In this document: piece after piece, positions 9,553 to 19,961 of the stretch
Numbering within the stretch: the first letter of the stretch is position 1
Layout of the letters: the number at the start of each line of letters is the position of its first letter
Notes under the pieces: model-generated
Seen by the model: the letters and a program-made list of their open reading frames with translations, nothing else
Database searches by the model: none
What the model was told of the DNA's origin: nothing
Made by a program: the position numbers and the translations under genes
Assembly: GCA_963783305.1 (NCBI GenBank)
Contig: CAWAMW010000017.1
Location: forward strand, 128,001-192,000
Source: an uncultured Gemmatimonadales bacterium
GTDB taxonomy: Bacteria; Gemmatimonadota; Gemmatimonadetes; Longimicrobiales; RSA9
Reading direction: 5' to 3'
DNA: 64,000 nucleotides

Positions 9553-11772
9553 TCACCGCGCGAACGTGTGGATGTACTTCAGCGCGATCGCCCGGCGCTG
9601 TGACCGGGGCAGCTCCAGCGCCGGCACCGCGTGCAGGTCCTTGTTGACCTGGTCGTTGATCACCAGCCACAGGTCCCGACCCTCGGAGAAGCGGTAGCGG
9701 ATCCGACCGTTCACCGCGACAACGTTCGCCGCGTGGTTGTACTGGACGAACGCCGCGCCGGAGAGACTCCGGTTGACGGCCACCGTCGCCCGCAGTCGCG
9801 CGATGTCGGCGTTCAGGGACTGGCCGCGCTCTTCGAAGTGGATCCGGCTCCAGTTGTACTCGAAGCCCAGGTCCAGGTGCTCGGACAGCGTGGTCGAGGG
9901 CGCGAAGGACGCCGTCCACATGGTGCCGTCGTAGAAGCTGCCCAGGCTGCCGGTAACGTCGAACCGGTACCGGTGGGAGTCGGACGCGAACAGGTACGCG
10001 CCGAGGCGCTGCCACTCGTGGACGCCTTCCGGGACCAACGCCGCGCCCCCGCCGAGCTGCAGGTCGAACGGCAGCCGCTCGTAGCTGCTGGACGCGACCA
10101 GGAACCCGCCGTACCCGACCTTCAGGGCGTAGTTCAGGTAGAGGTTGGCGGAGCGGGTCTCGAGCTCATGGCCAGCCTCGTCGCCCGAAGGGTTCCCCCA
10201 GTGCGACGACACGTTCAAGCTCGGCTGGATGTACGTGAACGCCGTCGCCTCGCCGGGGAACCAGCCGTACCGGAGGTTCGCGTTCGCGTAGGTATAGTCA
10301 TTTCGCGGCGCGAACCCCAGCTCCGGGGCGTAGGCCGCACCCACGCGGCGGAGCTCGCCGGCATAGACCAGCCCCTGGTTCGAGCGGCGCTCGTACCGCA
10401 GCCGGGCCAGGCCGCTCTCGGACCCGGCGAAGTCCAGCCCCGGCGCCGACGACTGCGACCACTGGGCGGTCAGGTAGTCGTTCCCGAACGCCCGGACCTG
10501 GGCGTCGACGCCGTACGACGCGCGGTCGCCACCGGGACCGAGACGGCTCGTGACGATCCCCCCGACGTACGATCCGGCCTTCCCCACCGACCGGCGCACA
10601 CGGAACACTCCCAGGTTCTCCGACCCGTCCCCGGTCGCGTCCTCCGCCTGCATGTCGATCAGCCCGAAGTCCCAGCCGCTCGCCCGGCCCACCACGCGCC
10701 CGCCGCCGTAGATGCGGAGCGCCCGTCCCGTCGGATCCAGCCCGATGCGACGGGAGTGGAAGACGCGGCCGTCGCCGGTATCGAAGGAGAAGGTCCCCGC
10801 CCGCTCCTGGAAGAACTGCCGCTTCTCGGGGTAGAAGAGCGAGAATCGGGTGAGGTTCACCTGCTGGTCGTCCGCCTCCACCTGCGCGAAGTCGGTGTTC
10901 ACCGTCAGGTCCACGGCCAGGTTGGGCGACGGGCTCCACTTGAGGTCTCCGCCCACCTCGAGGGACGTCACCGTGTGCGCGTCGAACCCGGTCCCTGGCT
11001 CATTGGGCCTGTTGTCCCGCTGGTGGCCGGTCAGGCCGTAGGGCGAGACGTACAGGGGCGCCCGCGGCACCACGTCGCGCAGCACGATCGTCCGGGCCAG
11101 AGACGGCCGCTGCTGCGCCGACGAGAACCTCGGTGAAAGCACGGGGAACGTCGCCCGCTCCGCGCTCTTGGCGATGAACCGGCTGGCCATCAGCCCCATC
11201 TCCACCCGCCCCTCCGCGCCCACCTCGACGCGCAGGCTCGAGAACGGGATCCGCATCTCCGCCGTCCAGCCGGTTGCGGTCCGGGTGGTCGCCGCGTCCC
11301 AGAACGCGTTCCAGCTGTCGTTCGAGCTCTGCCCGTCGTTCTCGATGGCCCGGTCCACCAGGATGCCCGCGGGCGTGGTGGTGAACTCGACGGCGGTCTC
11401 CTCGTCGTTGAACGTGTCCAGCAGCAGGGTCAGTGCGTTGTCGCCCGCGAGCCGGTCCCGGGTCAGGGAGTGGCTCCGCACGTCCGCCGCTACGCTCCCG
11501 TGCAGTCGCGCCCCCAAATAGAGCGCCTCGTCGTCGTGGGCGATCCACAGTTCTGTCTCCTCCGACGGCCGGGCCCCGGCCACGGGCGTGAACTGCACCA
11601 GCGGCAGCGGGGTCGCGCGGGCCCATTCGGTCTCCGTCAGGCGACCGTCCAGCTCGATGGGGGCGGTGAGGCGGTATATGGGGAGCGGGGGCTCCGACTG
11701 CTGGGCGGCCGCGGCCGCCGCCGTGGCGATCAGGGTCGCGATGGCGACCGCTGCGACGAATCTGCCTTTCAT
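9553..11772 (-). CDS. CBM9-like plus DUF5916 outer-membrane protein
   Basis: Signal peptide; LDGRLTETEW, GWTAEMRIPFSSLR, LTVNTDFAQVEAD, RFSLFYPEKRQFFQE. Confidence 0.9.
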   Translation of the reverse strand: MKGRFVAAVAIATLIATAAAAAAQQSEPPLPIYRLTAPIELDGRLTETEWARATPLPLVQFTPVAGARPSEETELWIAHDDEALYLGARLHGSVAADVRSHSLTRDRLAGDNALTLLLDTFNDEETAVEFTTTPAGILVDRAIENDGQSSNDSWNAFWDAATTRTATGWTAEMRIPFSSLRVEVGAEGRVEMGLMASRFIAKSAERATFPVLSPRFSSAQQRPSLARTIVLRDVVPRAPLYVSPYGLTGHQRDNRPNEPGTGFDAHTVTSLEVGGDLKWSPSPNLAVDLTVNTDFAQVEADDQQVNLTRFSLFYPEKRQFFQERAGTFSFDTGDGRVFHSRRIGLDPTGRALRIYGGGRVVGRASGWDFGLIDMQAEDATGDGSENLGVFRVRRSVGKAGSYVGGIVTSRLGPGGDRASYGVDAQVRAFGNDYLTAQWSQSSAPGLDFAGSESGLARLRYERRSNQGLVYAGELRRVGAAYAPELGFAPRNDYTYANANLRYGWFPGEATAFTYIQPSLNVSSHWGNPSGDEAGHELETRSANLYLNYALKVGYGGFLVASSSYERLPFDLQLGGGAALVPEGVHEWQRLGAYLFASDSHRYRFDVTGSLGSFYDGTMWTASFAPSTTLSEHLDLGFEYNWSRIHFEERGQSLNADIARLRATVAVNRSLSGAAFVQYNHAANVVAVNGRIRYRFSEGRDLWLVINDQVNKDLHAVPALELPRSQRRAIALKYIHTFAR

Positions 11773-11962
11773 GACTTCTCCGAGTGCGGAACGGCGTGCA
11801 GTGCGGGGTTCCTGCGAGGGGAAACGCCCAAGATATTCCGACGCGCCGGTGCCGCCCTGTCCATGGTGCGGACGGCGCAGGACCGGGACGAGCGGCCTGG
11901 GTGGCGCCCCCAGGCGGCTGTGGTTCGGCCCGGCGGCTGGGAGGGTCAACGGCCCCTGTGAT

Positions 11963-12172
11963 TCAAAGAGCCCTACGCAATGAGAGAGCGACCGCGCCCA
12001 CCAGGGCGATCGCCGACGCCACGCTCAACAGGGTGATCATCGTTCGATCCGCCGATGGGAGTCCGTGCCCATGCGCGCCGGAGGTGACCCAGATAGCCAC
12101 GGCCAGAAGGGCGAGTACGACGGCGAGCGCCAGCAGAATGATCGGCAGGTGCCTGAGGGCGCTACTCCTCAC
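11963..12172 (-). CDS. Small membrane protein with two hydrophobic segments
   Basis: 69-aa ORF with two predicted transmembrane stretches. Confidence 0.5.
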   Translation of the reverse strand: MRSSALRHLPIILLALAVVLALLAVAIWVTSGAHGHGLPSADRTMITLLSVASAIALVGAVALSLRRAL

Positions 12173-12248
12173 ATGATTTCACCCACAGGTTCCTGTCCGC
12201 GGTTAAGAAAGGTGCCATCCGGTCCCGCACAAGCGTTGTCCAAACCCG

Positions 12249-12659
12249 TCACGGGGTGATCCAACCAGCGAACGGGCGGAGTCCCATGGATACGCTGCTG
12301 TGGGCGGTCGGTCCCTCTGTCGCCGCAAGGCCCCTGCCTTCGGTGCCCGATCCAGGGGGCCCGAGGCAGACGCTATCCCCCGGGAAGCGCAGCGGTGTCA
12401 CGGGCGGGTCCAGCCCGTCGAGGAACTCGAGAACACCGTCCCACCCGCCGTGCCGTGCCACGAAGCCCCTCGCGTAGTCCGGCGCCGGAAGGTGGGCGAG
12501 GAGGACGGCGCCGGGGGCCACGGCCTCGACGGCGGCGCCGGCCCACGAGCCGTCGAACACGTACCACCCTGGAAGCACCGCATAGATCTCCCTCCTCACT
12601 TCCTCCAGAAACCGGGCCCGCTCTGCCGCCACGGAGTCCGTTATCTCGACAGTAGGCAT
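12249..12659 (-). CDS. Hypothetical protein
   Basis: Protein-like ORF with GC-biased codons; no recognisable family. Confidence 0.45.
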   Translation of the reverse strand: MPTVEITDSVAAERARFLEEVRREIYAVLPGWYVFDGSWAGAAVEAVAPGAVLLAHLPAPDYARGFVARHGGWDGVLEFLDGLDPPVTPLRFPGDSVCLGPPGSGTEGRGLAATEGPTAHSSVSMGLRPFAGWITP

Positions 12660-12743
12660 TCTGCCGGACTCAGCGGTTGCCCGTGAGGGCAACGCGTACT
12701 CTTCGGAGGGGACCCGGGGCCAAGAACGGGAAGGGCGATCTAC

Positions 12744-12779
12744 AAAAAATTAGCCCGCACCGTAAATGACGGTGCGGGT
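12744..12779 (-). terminator. Intrinsic terminator after tRNA-Arg(CCG)
   Basis: 11-bp stem (GCCCGCACCGT/ACGGTGCGGGT) followed on the minus strand by a T-tract. Confidence 0.85.
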
Positions 12780-12793
12780 TCGGTTTAGAAGAG

Positions 12794-12867
12794 TACGCCC
12801 GACAGGATTCGAACCTGTGACCTCTTGCTCCGGAGGCAAGCGCTCTATCCAACTGAGCTACGGGCGC
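12794..12867 (-). tRNA. tRNA-Arg(CCG), CCA not encoded
   Basis: GCGCCCG acceptor stem, TAGCTCAGTTGGATAGAGC D-arm, anticodon arm CTTGC-CTCCGGA-GCAAG, GGTTCGAATCC T-loop. Confidence 0.97.
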
Positions 12868-12931
12868 TTCGCGTCCGTAGCTCAGGCTCGTCGCGCCGTA
12901 CGGCGTAACGAGCGTGGTCTACGAACGGTGT

Positions 12932-13325
12932 GGGAAGCGATATAAGCCGAGTTCTGTCCCCGTCCTTGCGGCCGGGGGCGGACCATTTCTCTACGACGAC
13001 GGTTACCCGCCGCCTCCAGCAGCCTACCCGGGGCTTGTGCCGTGTCGCCACGCGCGACGCGGGCCGCGTCTTCACCCCTGCTTGGCCTTGCTCCGGGTGG
13101 GGTTTACCATGCGACGGCTGTTGCCAGCCCCCCCGGTGGTCTCTTACACCACCCTTTCACCCTTACCTGTGATCGCGCCCGAAGGCGACGACCCATCGGC
13201 GGTCTGCTCTCTGTGGCACTTTCCAGCGCCTCGCGACGTCCGGGCGTTACCCGGCACCCTGCCCTGTGGAGCTCGGACTTTCCTCGCCCGCCCCTGAGGG
13301 CGACCGCGGTCCGCGCTCGCTTCCC
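12932..13325 (-). ncRNA. rnpB: RNase P RNA (bacterial, probably type A)
   Basis: Conserved GAGGAAAGTCC near 5' end, GAAAGTG/CCACAG-like core and ACAGAACTCGGCTTA at 3' end; P1 helix GGGAAGCGA/TCGCTTCCC. Confidence 0.97.
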
Positions 13326-13342
13326 GTATTGTCAAACAGCAG

Positions 13343-13416
<74 letters not shown>

Positions 13417-13471
13417 ATACATGTGAGCGGCTCCAGCGCAAGCCATGGGCCGGAGCGCCACCGAGCCGTTT

Positions 13472-13500
13472 AAATTAGGGCAACTGGAGTATTTGGTCAA
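13472..13500 (-). promoter_or_regulatory. Sigma70-type promoter for the tRNA-rnpB-tRNA unit
   Basis: TTGACC-17 nt-TAATTT on the minus strand, upstream of tRNA-Arg(ACG). Confidence 0.75.
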
Positions 13501-13550
13501 TCGCGGGCGGGCATAATCGACCGTAAGAAGTACCCATCCAAGCGAACGCA

Positions 13551-13590
13551 CCGGGCTCGTGGGTGCGGGCACCCGCACCCACGAGCCCGG
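13551..13590. terminator. Perfect 19-bp hairpin downstream of the Ig-repeat gene
   Basis: CCGGGCTCGTGGGTGCGGG-ca-CCCGCACCCACGAGCCCGG. Confidence 0.7.
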
Positions 13591-13618
13591 GGTGACATTC
13601 AGCAGGGGTTCGTGCGCG

Positions 13619-15058
13619 CTACCCGTCGTGACTCGCCACGAGGCTCACATCCGTGTAGGCCGCGTGCCCGCGCAGCATGATATACCAGTTGCCAGCGGCC
13701 GGGGAAGCGACGGTGCAGGTTTCCCCGTTCCCGGTGCGGAGCGGCCGACAGTCGTAGGTGAACTCCGCGGGAAGCGAGCCGCGCCGGATGTAGAGGTCCG
13801 CGTCCCCGGTGCCCCCGGACGTGGATATCGTCAGCTGGGTCGCGCCCGTGGGCACCGCGATGGCGTAGTATCGAACGCTCTCTGCCCCGCCGCCGATCCC
13901 CGTCACCGTTACGCCGTTCGACAGCTCCTGGATCTGAGCGACGACGAGGCTGAGCGTGCGCGAGTGGCTCGCGGCCGCTTCGTCGGTCACACGTACCGTG
14001 AAGGTGGAGCTGCCGATCGTCGTCGGTGTGCCCGAGATGAGCCCGCCCGAAGACAGCGCGAGACCCTGGGGCAGCGTCCCCTGGGCCACGTTCCAGGTAT
14101 ACGCGCCGGTCCCGCCGGTAGCCTGAAGCTGCGCTCCGTAGGGCTCCCCGACGTTCCCGGGCCGGACGCTGACGGTCTGGATCGTGGGCGCCCGCTCCAC
14201 CAGGAGGGAGAGGGATCGGGTCGCGGTCCGGCCGGCGCCATCGGTGACCTGGGCGCCGAAGGTGAAATCCCCACCATTGGCCGGAGCTCCCATCAGGGCT
14301 CCGCTCGCGGTCAGGGCCATGCCCGCAGGCAACGCTCCGCTGTCCACGGTCCAGGTATAGGCGCCATCGCCACCGGTGGCCAAGAGCTGTGCGGCGTAAT
14401 CCCGACCTTCTGTGGCGGTGGGGAGGGTGCTGGCCGCAACGGCGAGGGGAGCGCGAACGACCATGGGGATCTGGCGTGACGTCTGCTGGCCCGACTCGTC
14501 GGCCAGCGCGATCGATACCGTGAATGCTCCCGCTGCCGGCGGCGTACCGGCGAGCGTTCCGTCCGACGAGACCGTGAGCCAGGCGGCCGCCTCGCCCGTC
14601 AGACTCCAGATGAGCGCACCGCGACCGCCGACCGCCTGGAGCTGAGCGGAGTAATCCTCGTCCACCTCAGCGTCCGGCAGTGTCCATGTGTGGACCGCCA
14701 GCGCCTGCACTACCTCCATGATCAGGTCCGCCGTAGCGCTCTGCCCTCCCGCATCCGCTGCGCGGACGCGAAAGCTGGAGGTTCCTGCACCAACGGGCGT
14801 TCCGGAGATCCACCCTGCCGGCGAGAGCGTCAGGCCGGCTGGGAGGCTGCCGGCAGCGAGGACCCAGCTATAGCCGCCACTTCCGCCCGTGGCCTCCAGC
14901 TGGTGAGTGTACCCCTGGTCTTCGATCGCCTCTGTCAGGCTCTCGGTCTCAATGGAGATCGGCTCCATGGGTGCGGTGGGGTCAACGCTGTCGCCGCACG
15001 AGGCGGTCACCAGCAGGCTCGACAGCACGACGAGCGCTGTTCGGATCGAGGCGTTCAT
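13619..15058 (-). CDS. Lipoprotein with four putative Ig (He_PIG-like) repeats and a C-terminal PPC domain
   Basis: Lipobox TASC; repeated Y..QL.ATGG.G.Y.W....G.LP.GL.L...G.ISGTP; C-terminal SGGTGDADLYIR...YDCRP...GNGETC. Confidence 0.9.
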   Translation of the reverse strand: MNASIRTALVVLSSLLVTASCGDSVDPTAPMEPISIETESLTEAIEDQGYTHQLEATGGSGGYSWVLAAGSLPAGLTLSPAGWISGTPVGAGTSSFRVRAADAGGQSATADLIMEVVQALAVHTWTLPDAEVDEDYSAQLQAVGGRGALIWSLTGEAAAWLTVSSDGTLAGTPPAAGAFTVSIALADESGQQTSRQIPMVVRAPLAVAASTLPTATEGRDYAAQLLATGGDGAYTWTVDSGALPAGMALTASGALMGAPANGGDFTFGAQVTDGAGRTATRSLSLLVERAPTIQTVSVRPGNVGEPYGAQLQATGGTGAYTWNVAQGTLPQGLALSSGGLISGTPTTIGSSTFTVRVTDEAAASHSRTLSLVVAQIQELSNGVTVTGIGGGAESVRYYAIAVPTGATQLTISTSGGTGDADLYIRRGSLPAEFTYDCRPLRTGNGETCTVASPAAGNWYIMLRGHAAYTDVSLVASHDG

Positions 15059-15211
15059 GGTTCATGTTCTCCAGAAGGGGGGAGGCCGAGGGAGAAGACC
15101 AGCCCCGGCGCATTTCCCCACAGTCTAGGGGGCGGGGATTAATCCCCGATTAAATGAGGAGGACCGGATCGGCGCTCGCGCGACCGTGTGCCCCTCCCCA
15201 CCTTTCCCGTC

Positions 15212-17083
15212 ATGCTCGACCTGCTCATCGTCCTCGCCTTCATAGCCTACGCGCTGACGTCTGGTCTGCGGGCCCGCCGGAAGGCCTCCGAGTCGCTCGA
15301 CGAGTACTTCCTCGCGGGCAAGACGCTGAAGGGGTGGCAGGCGGGGACGAGCATGGCCGCCACGCAGTTCGCCGCCGACACACCCCTGCTCGTCACCGGT
15401 CTCATCGCCACCGCCGGCATCTACGCGGTGTGGCGGCTCTGGATCTACGGGATCGCCTTCCTGCTGCTCGCGTTCGTGTTCGCCGCGCACTGGCGGAGGG
15501 CGGGTGTGCTCACCGACGCAGAGTTGACGGAGATCCGCTACAGCGGCCGGGGCGTTCTCTTCCTCCGGGTCCTCAAGGCCATCTACTACGGAACAGTCAT
15601 CAACTGCGTAGTTCTCGCCATGGTGCTGGTGGCGGCGATCCGCATCGCTGAGGTCTTCCTGCCATGGCACCTCTGGCTCCCTCCCGGGATCTACGACCCC
15701 GTGCTGGACCTCGTCCGCGCGGTGGGCGTGCCGCTCTGGTCGGAGGCGACGGAGCTGGGGCCATGGACGGCGACGGCCAACAACCTCATCAGCATCGCGG
15801 CGATCCTGCTCTTCACCTCCCTGTACTCCATGACGGGCGGTCTGCGCAGTGTGGTGGCCACGGACGTCGGGCAGTTCTCATTGGCCATGATCGGCACCGC
15901 GGTGTACGCCTGGATCGTCGTCGGGGAGGCGGGCGGGCTCGCGGCGCTGCCCACTCGGCTGAACGAGATCTACGGGAACGCCGAGGCGGCCCGAATGCTC
16001 TCGTTCTCGCCACCACCAGGCGAGGCGCTGCTCCCGTTCCTGGTGATCATCGGTCTCCAGTGGTTCTTCCAGATGAACAGCGACGGGACCGGCTACCTGG
16101 CGCAGCGAAGCATGGCGTGTGAGACCACCGCCGATGCGCGCGTGGCGGGGGTGGTCTTCGCGTGGCTCCAGATCTTCCTGCGGAGCCTGTTCTGGCTGGG
16201 AATCGCCGTCGCGTTGCTCGTCCTCTACCCGTTCGATCCGGCCATGGCCGCGACGGACGGGTTCGCCGCATCGCGAGAGATCCTGTTCGTCGTGGGGATC
16301 GAGGACTACCTCCCGCCCGGCCTCCGCGGCCTCATGCTCACGGGGCTCCTCGCCGCGCTGGCCTCGACGGTGGACACGCACCTGAACTGGGGAGCGAGCT
16401 ACTGGAGCAACGACGTCTACAAGCGACTGATCAGTCAGGAGTGGCTCGAACGGGAGCCGGGTCAGCGTGAGCTGGTGGTCGTGGCACGCCTGTCCAACGT
16501 GCTCATCCTGGGCATTGGGTTGGCGGTCATGGCGAACCTCGGCTCCATCCAGACCGCGTGGTTCATCTCGCTCCTGTTCGGCGCCGGGATGGGCTCTGTG
16601 CTGGTGCTGCGGTGGCTCTGGGAGCGGATCAACCTGTACTCGGAGCTGGCGGCCATGGCTACATCCCTGGCCGCCGCCCCCATCCTCCTCATGACCACCG
16701 ACCAGGAATGGATCCGACTCGGTTCCATGGCGCTACTGTCGACCGCGGCAGCCATGGGCATCACCTTCGTTACGCGACCTACCGCCACGGCCGTGCTGGA
16801 CCGCTTCTACCGGGAGGTGGAGCCGGATGGATTCTGGGGTCCGACGGCCGCGCGGCTCGGGTACGATCGCCGGGCGCCGATCCTGCGCCTGCGCCGAGCG
16901 CTGGGATCGACGGTCCTCGCGGCGGCATCACTCTTCCTGCTCCTGGTGGGCGCCGGGCAGCTGCTCATCCGGTCGAGCACCCGGGGAATCGCCCTGCCCG
17001 TGCTCATGCTGGGGCTGGGGCTCGCGCTCATCCCGCTGTGGCTGCGCCGGCTCCACGGCGCTGAGTCGCAGCCTCGGCACTGA
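15212..17083 (+). CDS. Sodium:solute symporter family protein
   Basis: EYFLAGK, SMAATQFAADTPL, GYLAQR, LAALASTVDTHLNWGASY; many hydrophobic segments. Confidence 0.92.
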   Translation: MLDLLIVLAFIAYALTSGLRARRKASESLDEYFLAGKTLKGWQAGTSMAATQFAADTPLLVTGLIATAGIYAVWRLWIYGIAFLLLAFVFAAHWRRAGVLTDAELTEIRYSGRGVLFLRVLKAIYYGTVINCVVLAMVLVAAIRIAEVFLPWHLWLPPGIYDPVLDLVRAVGVPLWSEATELGPWTATANNLISIAAILLFTSLYSMTGGLRSVVATDVGQFSLAMIGTAVYAWIVVGEAGGLAALPTRLNEIYGNAEAARMLSFSPPPGEALLPFLVIIGLQWFFQMNSDGTGYLAQRSMACETTADARVAGVVFAWLQIFLRSLFWLGIAVALLVLYPFDPAMAATDGFAASREILFVVGIEDYLPPGLRGLMLTGLLAALASTVDTHLNWGASYWSNDVYKRLISQEWLEREPGQRELVVVARLSNVLILGIGLAVMANLGSIQTAWFISLLFGAGMGSVLVLRWLWERINLYSELAAMATSLAAAPILLMTTDQEWIRLGSMALLSTAAAMGITFVTRPTATAVLDRFYREVEPDGFWGPTAARLGYDRRAPILRLRRALGSTVLAAASLFLLLVGAGQLLIRSSTRGIALPVLMLGLGLALIPLWLRRLHGAESQPRH

Positions 17084-17105
17084 CAGAAATTCCCGGCACT
17101 CCCAC

Positions 17106-19961
17106 CTACGGCGCGATCACGTCGCTTCTGAACGTGACCTCAGCCGAATCATCAAGCGCTTCACCATTCAGCGCACCCGTTATGGTCGCGGTGCCTGTAG
17201 TGGTGCCAGCCGTCAACGTCGCTGTATAGGTGCCGTCGCCCCGGTCGGTGACCGGACCCACGGATCCCAGCGAAGTGGTCAGCGTTACGATCCCGCCACT
17301 CCGACCTGTCGGCCTTCCCGCGGCATCGAGCAGCTGAACCTCGATCAGGGTCGTCGACACGCCGTTCGGGTTGATCGCCGCAGAGTCGGCGCTGACCGTA
17401 CTCCTCTTCAGATCGGGCCCGCCCGTCGTAAGCTCGACGCGGCCCGAATCAAGGATCGGCTCGCCGGCCAGTGTGCCCGTGATCGCCACGCTTCCGGTGC
17501 TGCGCCCGGCGGTCAGCGTGGCGGTGTATGTGCCATCGCCGTGGTCGATTACGGCATCGAGCGAAGCCAGGCCGGCGGGGGTCACCGCCAACTCCACTTC
17601 GCCTGCGCTCTCCCCGACGAGGTTACCGGCCGCATCGCGGACCTCCACCGTCACCAGCGAGGTGGAGACGCCGTCGGCCGTCATCGCGCCTGGATCGGCC
17701 GTGATCGTGGTCGTGGTCGGATCACCCGCGCCGGGCGTGAGCTCCACGTCGGCGTCGTCCTCGATCGGCTCGCCGGCCAGCGTCCCGGCGATCGTCACGA
17801 TGCCAGCGGTGGTGCCGGCGGTCAGCGTGGCGGTGTATGTGCCATCGCCGTGGTCGATTACGGCATCGAGCGAAGCCAGGCCGGCGGGGGTCACCGCCAA
17901 CTCCACTTCGCCTGCGCTCTCGCCGACGAGGTTCCCGTGTACGTCCTGCACTTCGACGGTGAGGACCGAGGTAGAGATCCCATCTGCGGTGACCGACTGG
18001 GGATCGGCCGTGATCGTGGTCGTGGTCGGATCACCCGCGCCGGGCGTGAGCTCCACGTCGGCGTCGTCCTCGATCGGCTCGCCGGCCAGCGTCCCGGCGA
18101 TCGTCACGATGCCAGCGGTGGTGCCGGCGGTCAGCGTGGCGGTGTAGGTGCCATCGCCGTGGTCGATTACGGCATCGAGCGAAGCCAGGCCGGCGGGGGT
18201 CACCGCCAACTCCACTTCGCCTGCGCTCTCCCCGACGAGGTTACCGGCCGCATCGCGGACCTCCACCGTCACCAGCGAGGTGGAGACGCCGTCGGCCGTC
18301 ATCGCGCCTGGATCGGCCGTGATCGTGGTCGTGGTCGGATCACCCGCGCCGGGCGTGAGCTCCACGTCGGCGTCGTCCTCGATCGGCTCGCCGGCCAGCG
18401 TCCCGGCGATCGTCACGATGCCAGCGGTGGTGCCGGCGGTCAACGTGGCGGTGTAGGTGCCATCGCCGTGGTCGATCACGGCATCGAGCGAAGCCAGGCC
18501 GGCGGGGGTCACCGCCAACTCCACTTCGCCTGCGCTCTCGCCGACGAGGTTCCCGTGCTACGTCCTGCACTTCGACGGTGAGGACCGAGGTAGAGATCCC
18601 ATCTGCGGTGATCGCGACTGGGGATCGGCCGTGATCGTGGTCGTGGTCGGATCACCCGCGCCGGGCGTGAGCTCCACGTCGGCGTCGTCCTCGATCGGCT
18701 CGCCGGCCAGCGTCCCGGCGATCGTCACGATGCCAGCGGTGGTGCCGGCGGTCAGCGTGGCGGTGTAGGTGCCATCGCCGTGGTCGATCACGGCATCGAG
18801 CGAAGCCAGGCCGGCGGGGGAGAGGCTCAGTTCCACCTCACCCGCGCTCGTCCCGATCAGGTTCCCGTGCGCGTCACGCACGTCGACGGAAATCAGCGCG
18901 GTGGAAGCACCATCCGCGGGCCGGGACCCGGGGTTGGCCGTAATCGTCGTCGTCGCCAGATCACCGTCACCGGGCGTAAGCACCACCTCGGCGGAGTCTT
19001 CCATGGCGTCGCCATTCAGCGTGCCGGTGACGATCACCCTACCGGCCGTGGTGCCGGCGGTCAGCGTGGCGGTGTAGGTGCCGTCGCCGTGATCGGCGAT
19101 CGGGCCGAGCGACGCCATCCCTCCCGGAGCCAATCTCAGCGCGACCGTTCCGGCGCTCACGCCGACCAGTTCTCCGTGCTCGTCCCGGACCTCGACCATC
19201 ACCAGCGATTGGGCCTCACCATCGGCCCGCACGGATTCCGGATCTGCGCGGATGCCCGCCCTGCGCGCGAGCGCCACGTCCACGAGGACCGACATGCTGT
19301 CCGCGGCCGTAGCGCCGGCCGCGACAATGAAGGTGGATCCGTCTCCCACGGTAAGAATTTCGCCACCGTCGTTCACGACCGCTACGCCCGGATCATGAGT
19401 GCTCCACTCGATGTCGTAGCCCTCGATAATGTCGCCGGAGTCGTCGTAGGCGGTTCCCACCAGCTTCAGCCGAGCGCCAATACGGGTGAACACGGCCCGG
19501 ACGGGGGCAATTTCCACTCGCGTAGCCAACGTCGGGCCCACATAGGCCACCGCAATATCGTGGGCGGCTCCCGATTGGAGGGCCCCGCTCCGCATGGTGA
19601 CGCGAAGCCTTCCATGGTAGAACGAGCGGCTAGCATCCCGGAGATCAAGCTCCACATCCACATCCTCGACTTCAGCACGCAACTCGAGAAGCCATGTAAG
19701 GATGTCGGCAGAGCCTTCGTACGACCGCACCTGATCGACGAGCGGGGCGTCCTCGCCACCCGCGCGCCGCACGACCGTGCGGATGCTGTCGATCTCCGCG
19801 CCGATCGCTGCCGGCTCACTTCCGGACTCGAAGATCGGGCGCACGCGCAGTTCGCCGAAGTCGCCGCCCTCGTCGGTGGGCAGGCACGCCGCGACGAGCG
19901 CGGCCGTAAGTATCCACGGCCACCAGGTCCCGCGCGAGCGACCGCCCGAGAGTCCACTCAC
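17106..19961 (-). CDS. Invasin/intimin-type Ig-repeat lipoprotein, interrupted near 18558-18615 by +2/+1 indels and a TAG
   Basis: Lipobox LVAAC, a Big_2-like domain, then seven D(H/R)GDGTYTATLTAG units; ORFs 18558-19961 and 17106-18524 are in the same frame. Confidence 0.88.
17510..18820. repeat. Near-identical 309-bp coding tandem repeats with alternating A/B variants
   Basis: GCCATCGCCGTGGTCGAT recurs at 17532, 17841, 18150, 18459 and 18771. Confidence 0.95.

Noticed and set aside
12794..12830. tRNA-Arg 3' end as the attachment site of an integrated element
   Set aside because: I found no duplicated tRNA 3' fragment and no integrase in the window; the adjacent window would be needed to exclude it.
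18558..18560. In-frame TAG as pyrrolysine or programmed readthrough
   Set aside because: The TAG is created by a 1-nt insertion relative to sister repeats and follows a scrambled segment; no pyl genes are visible.
17510..18820. Long tandem repeats as a CRISPR array or mobile element
   Set aside because: Units are 309 bp, contiguous, in frame and encode Ig-like domains; there are no unique spacers and no cas genes.
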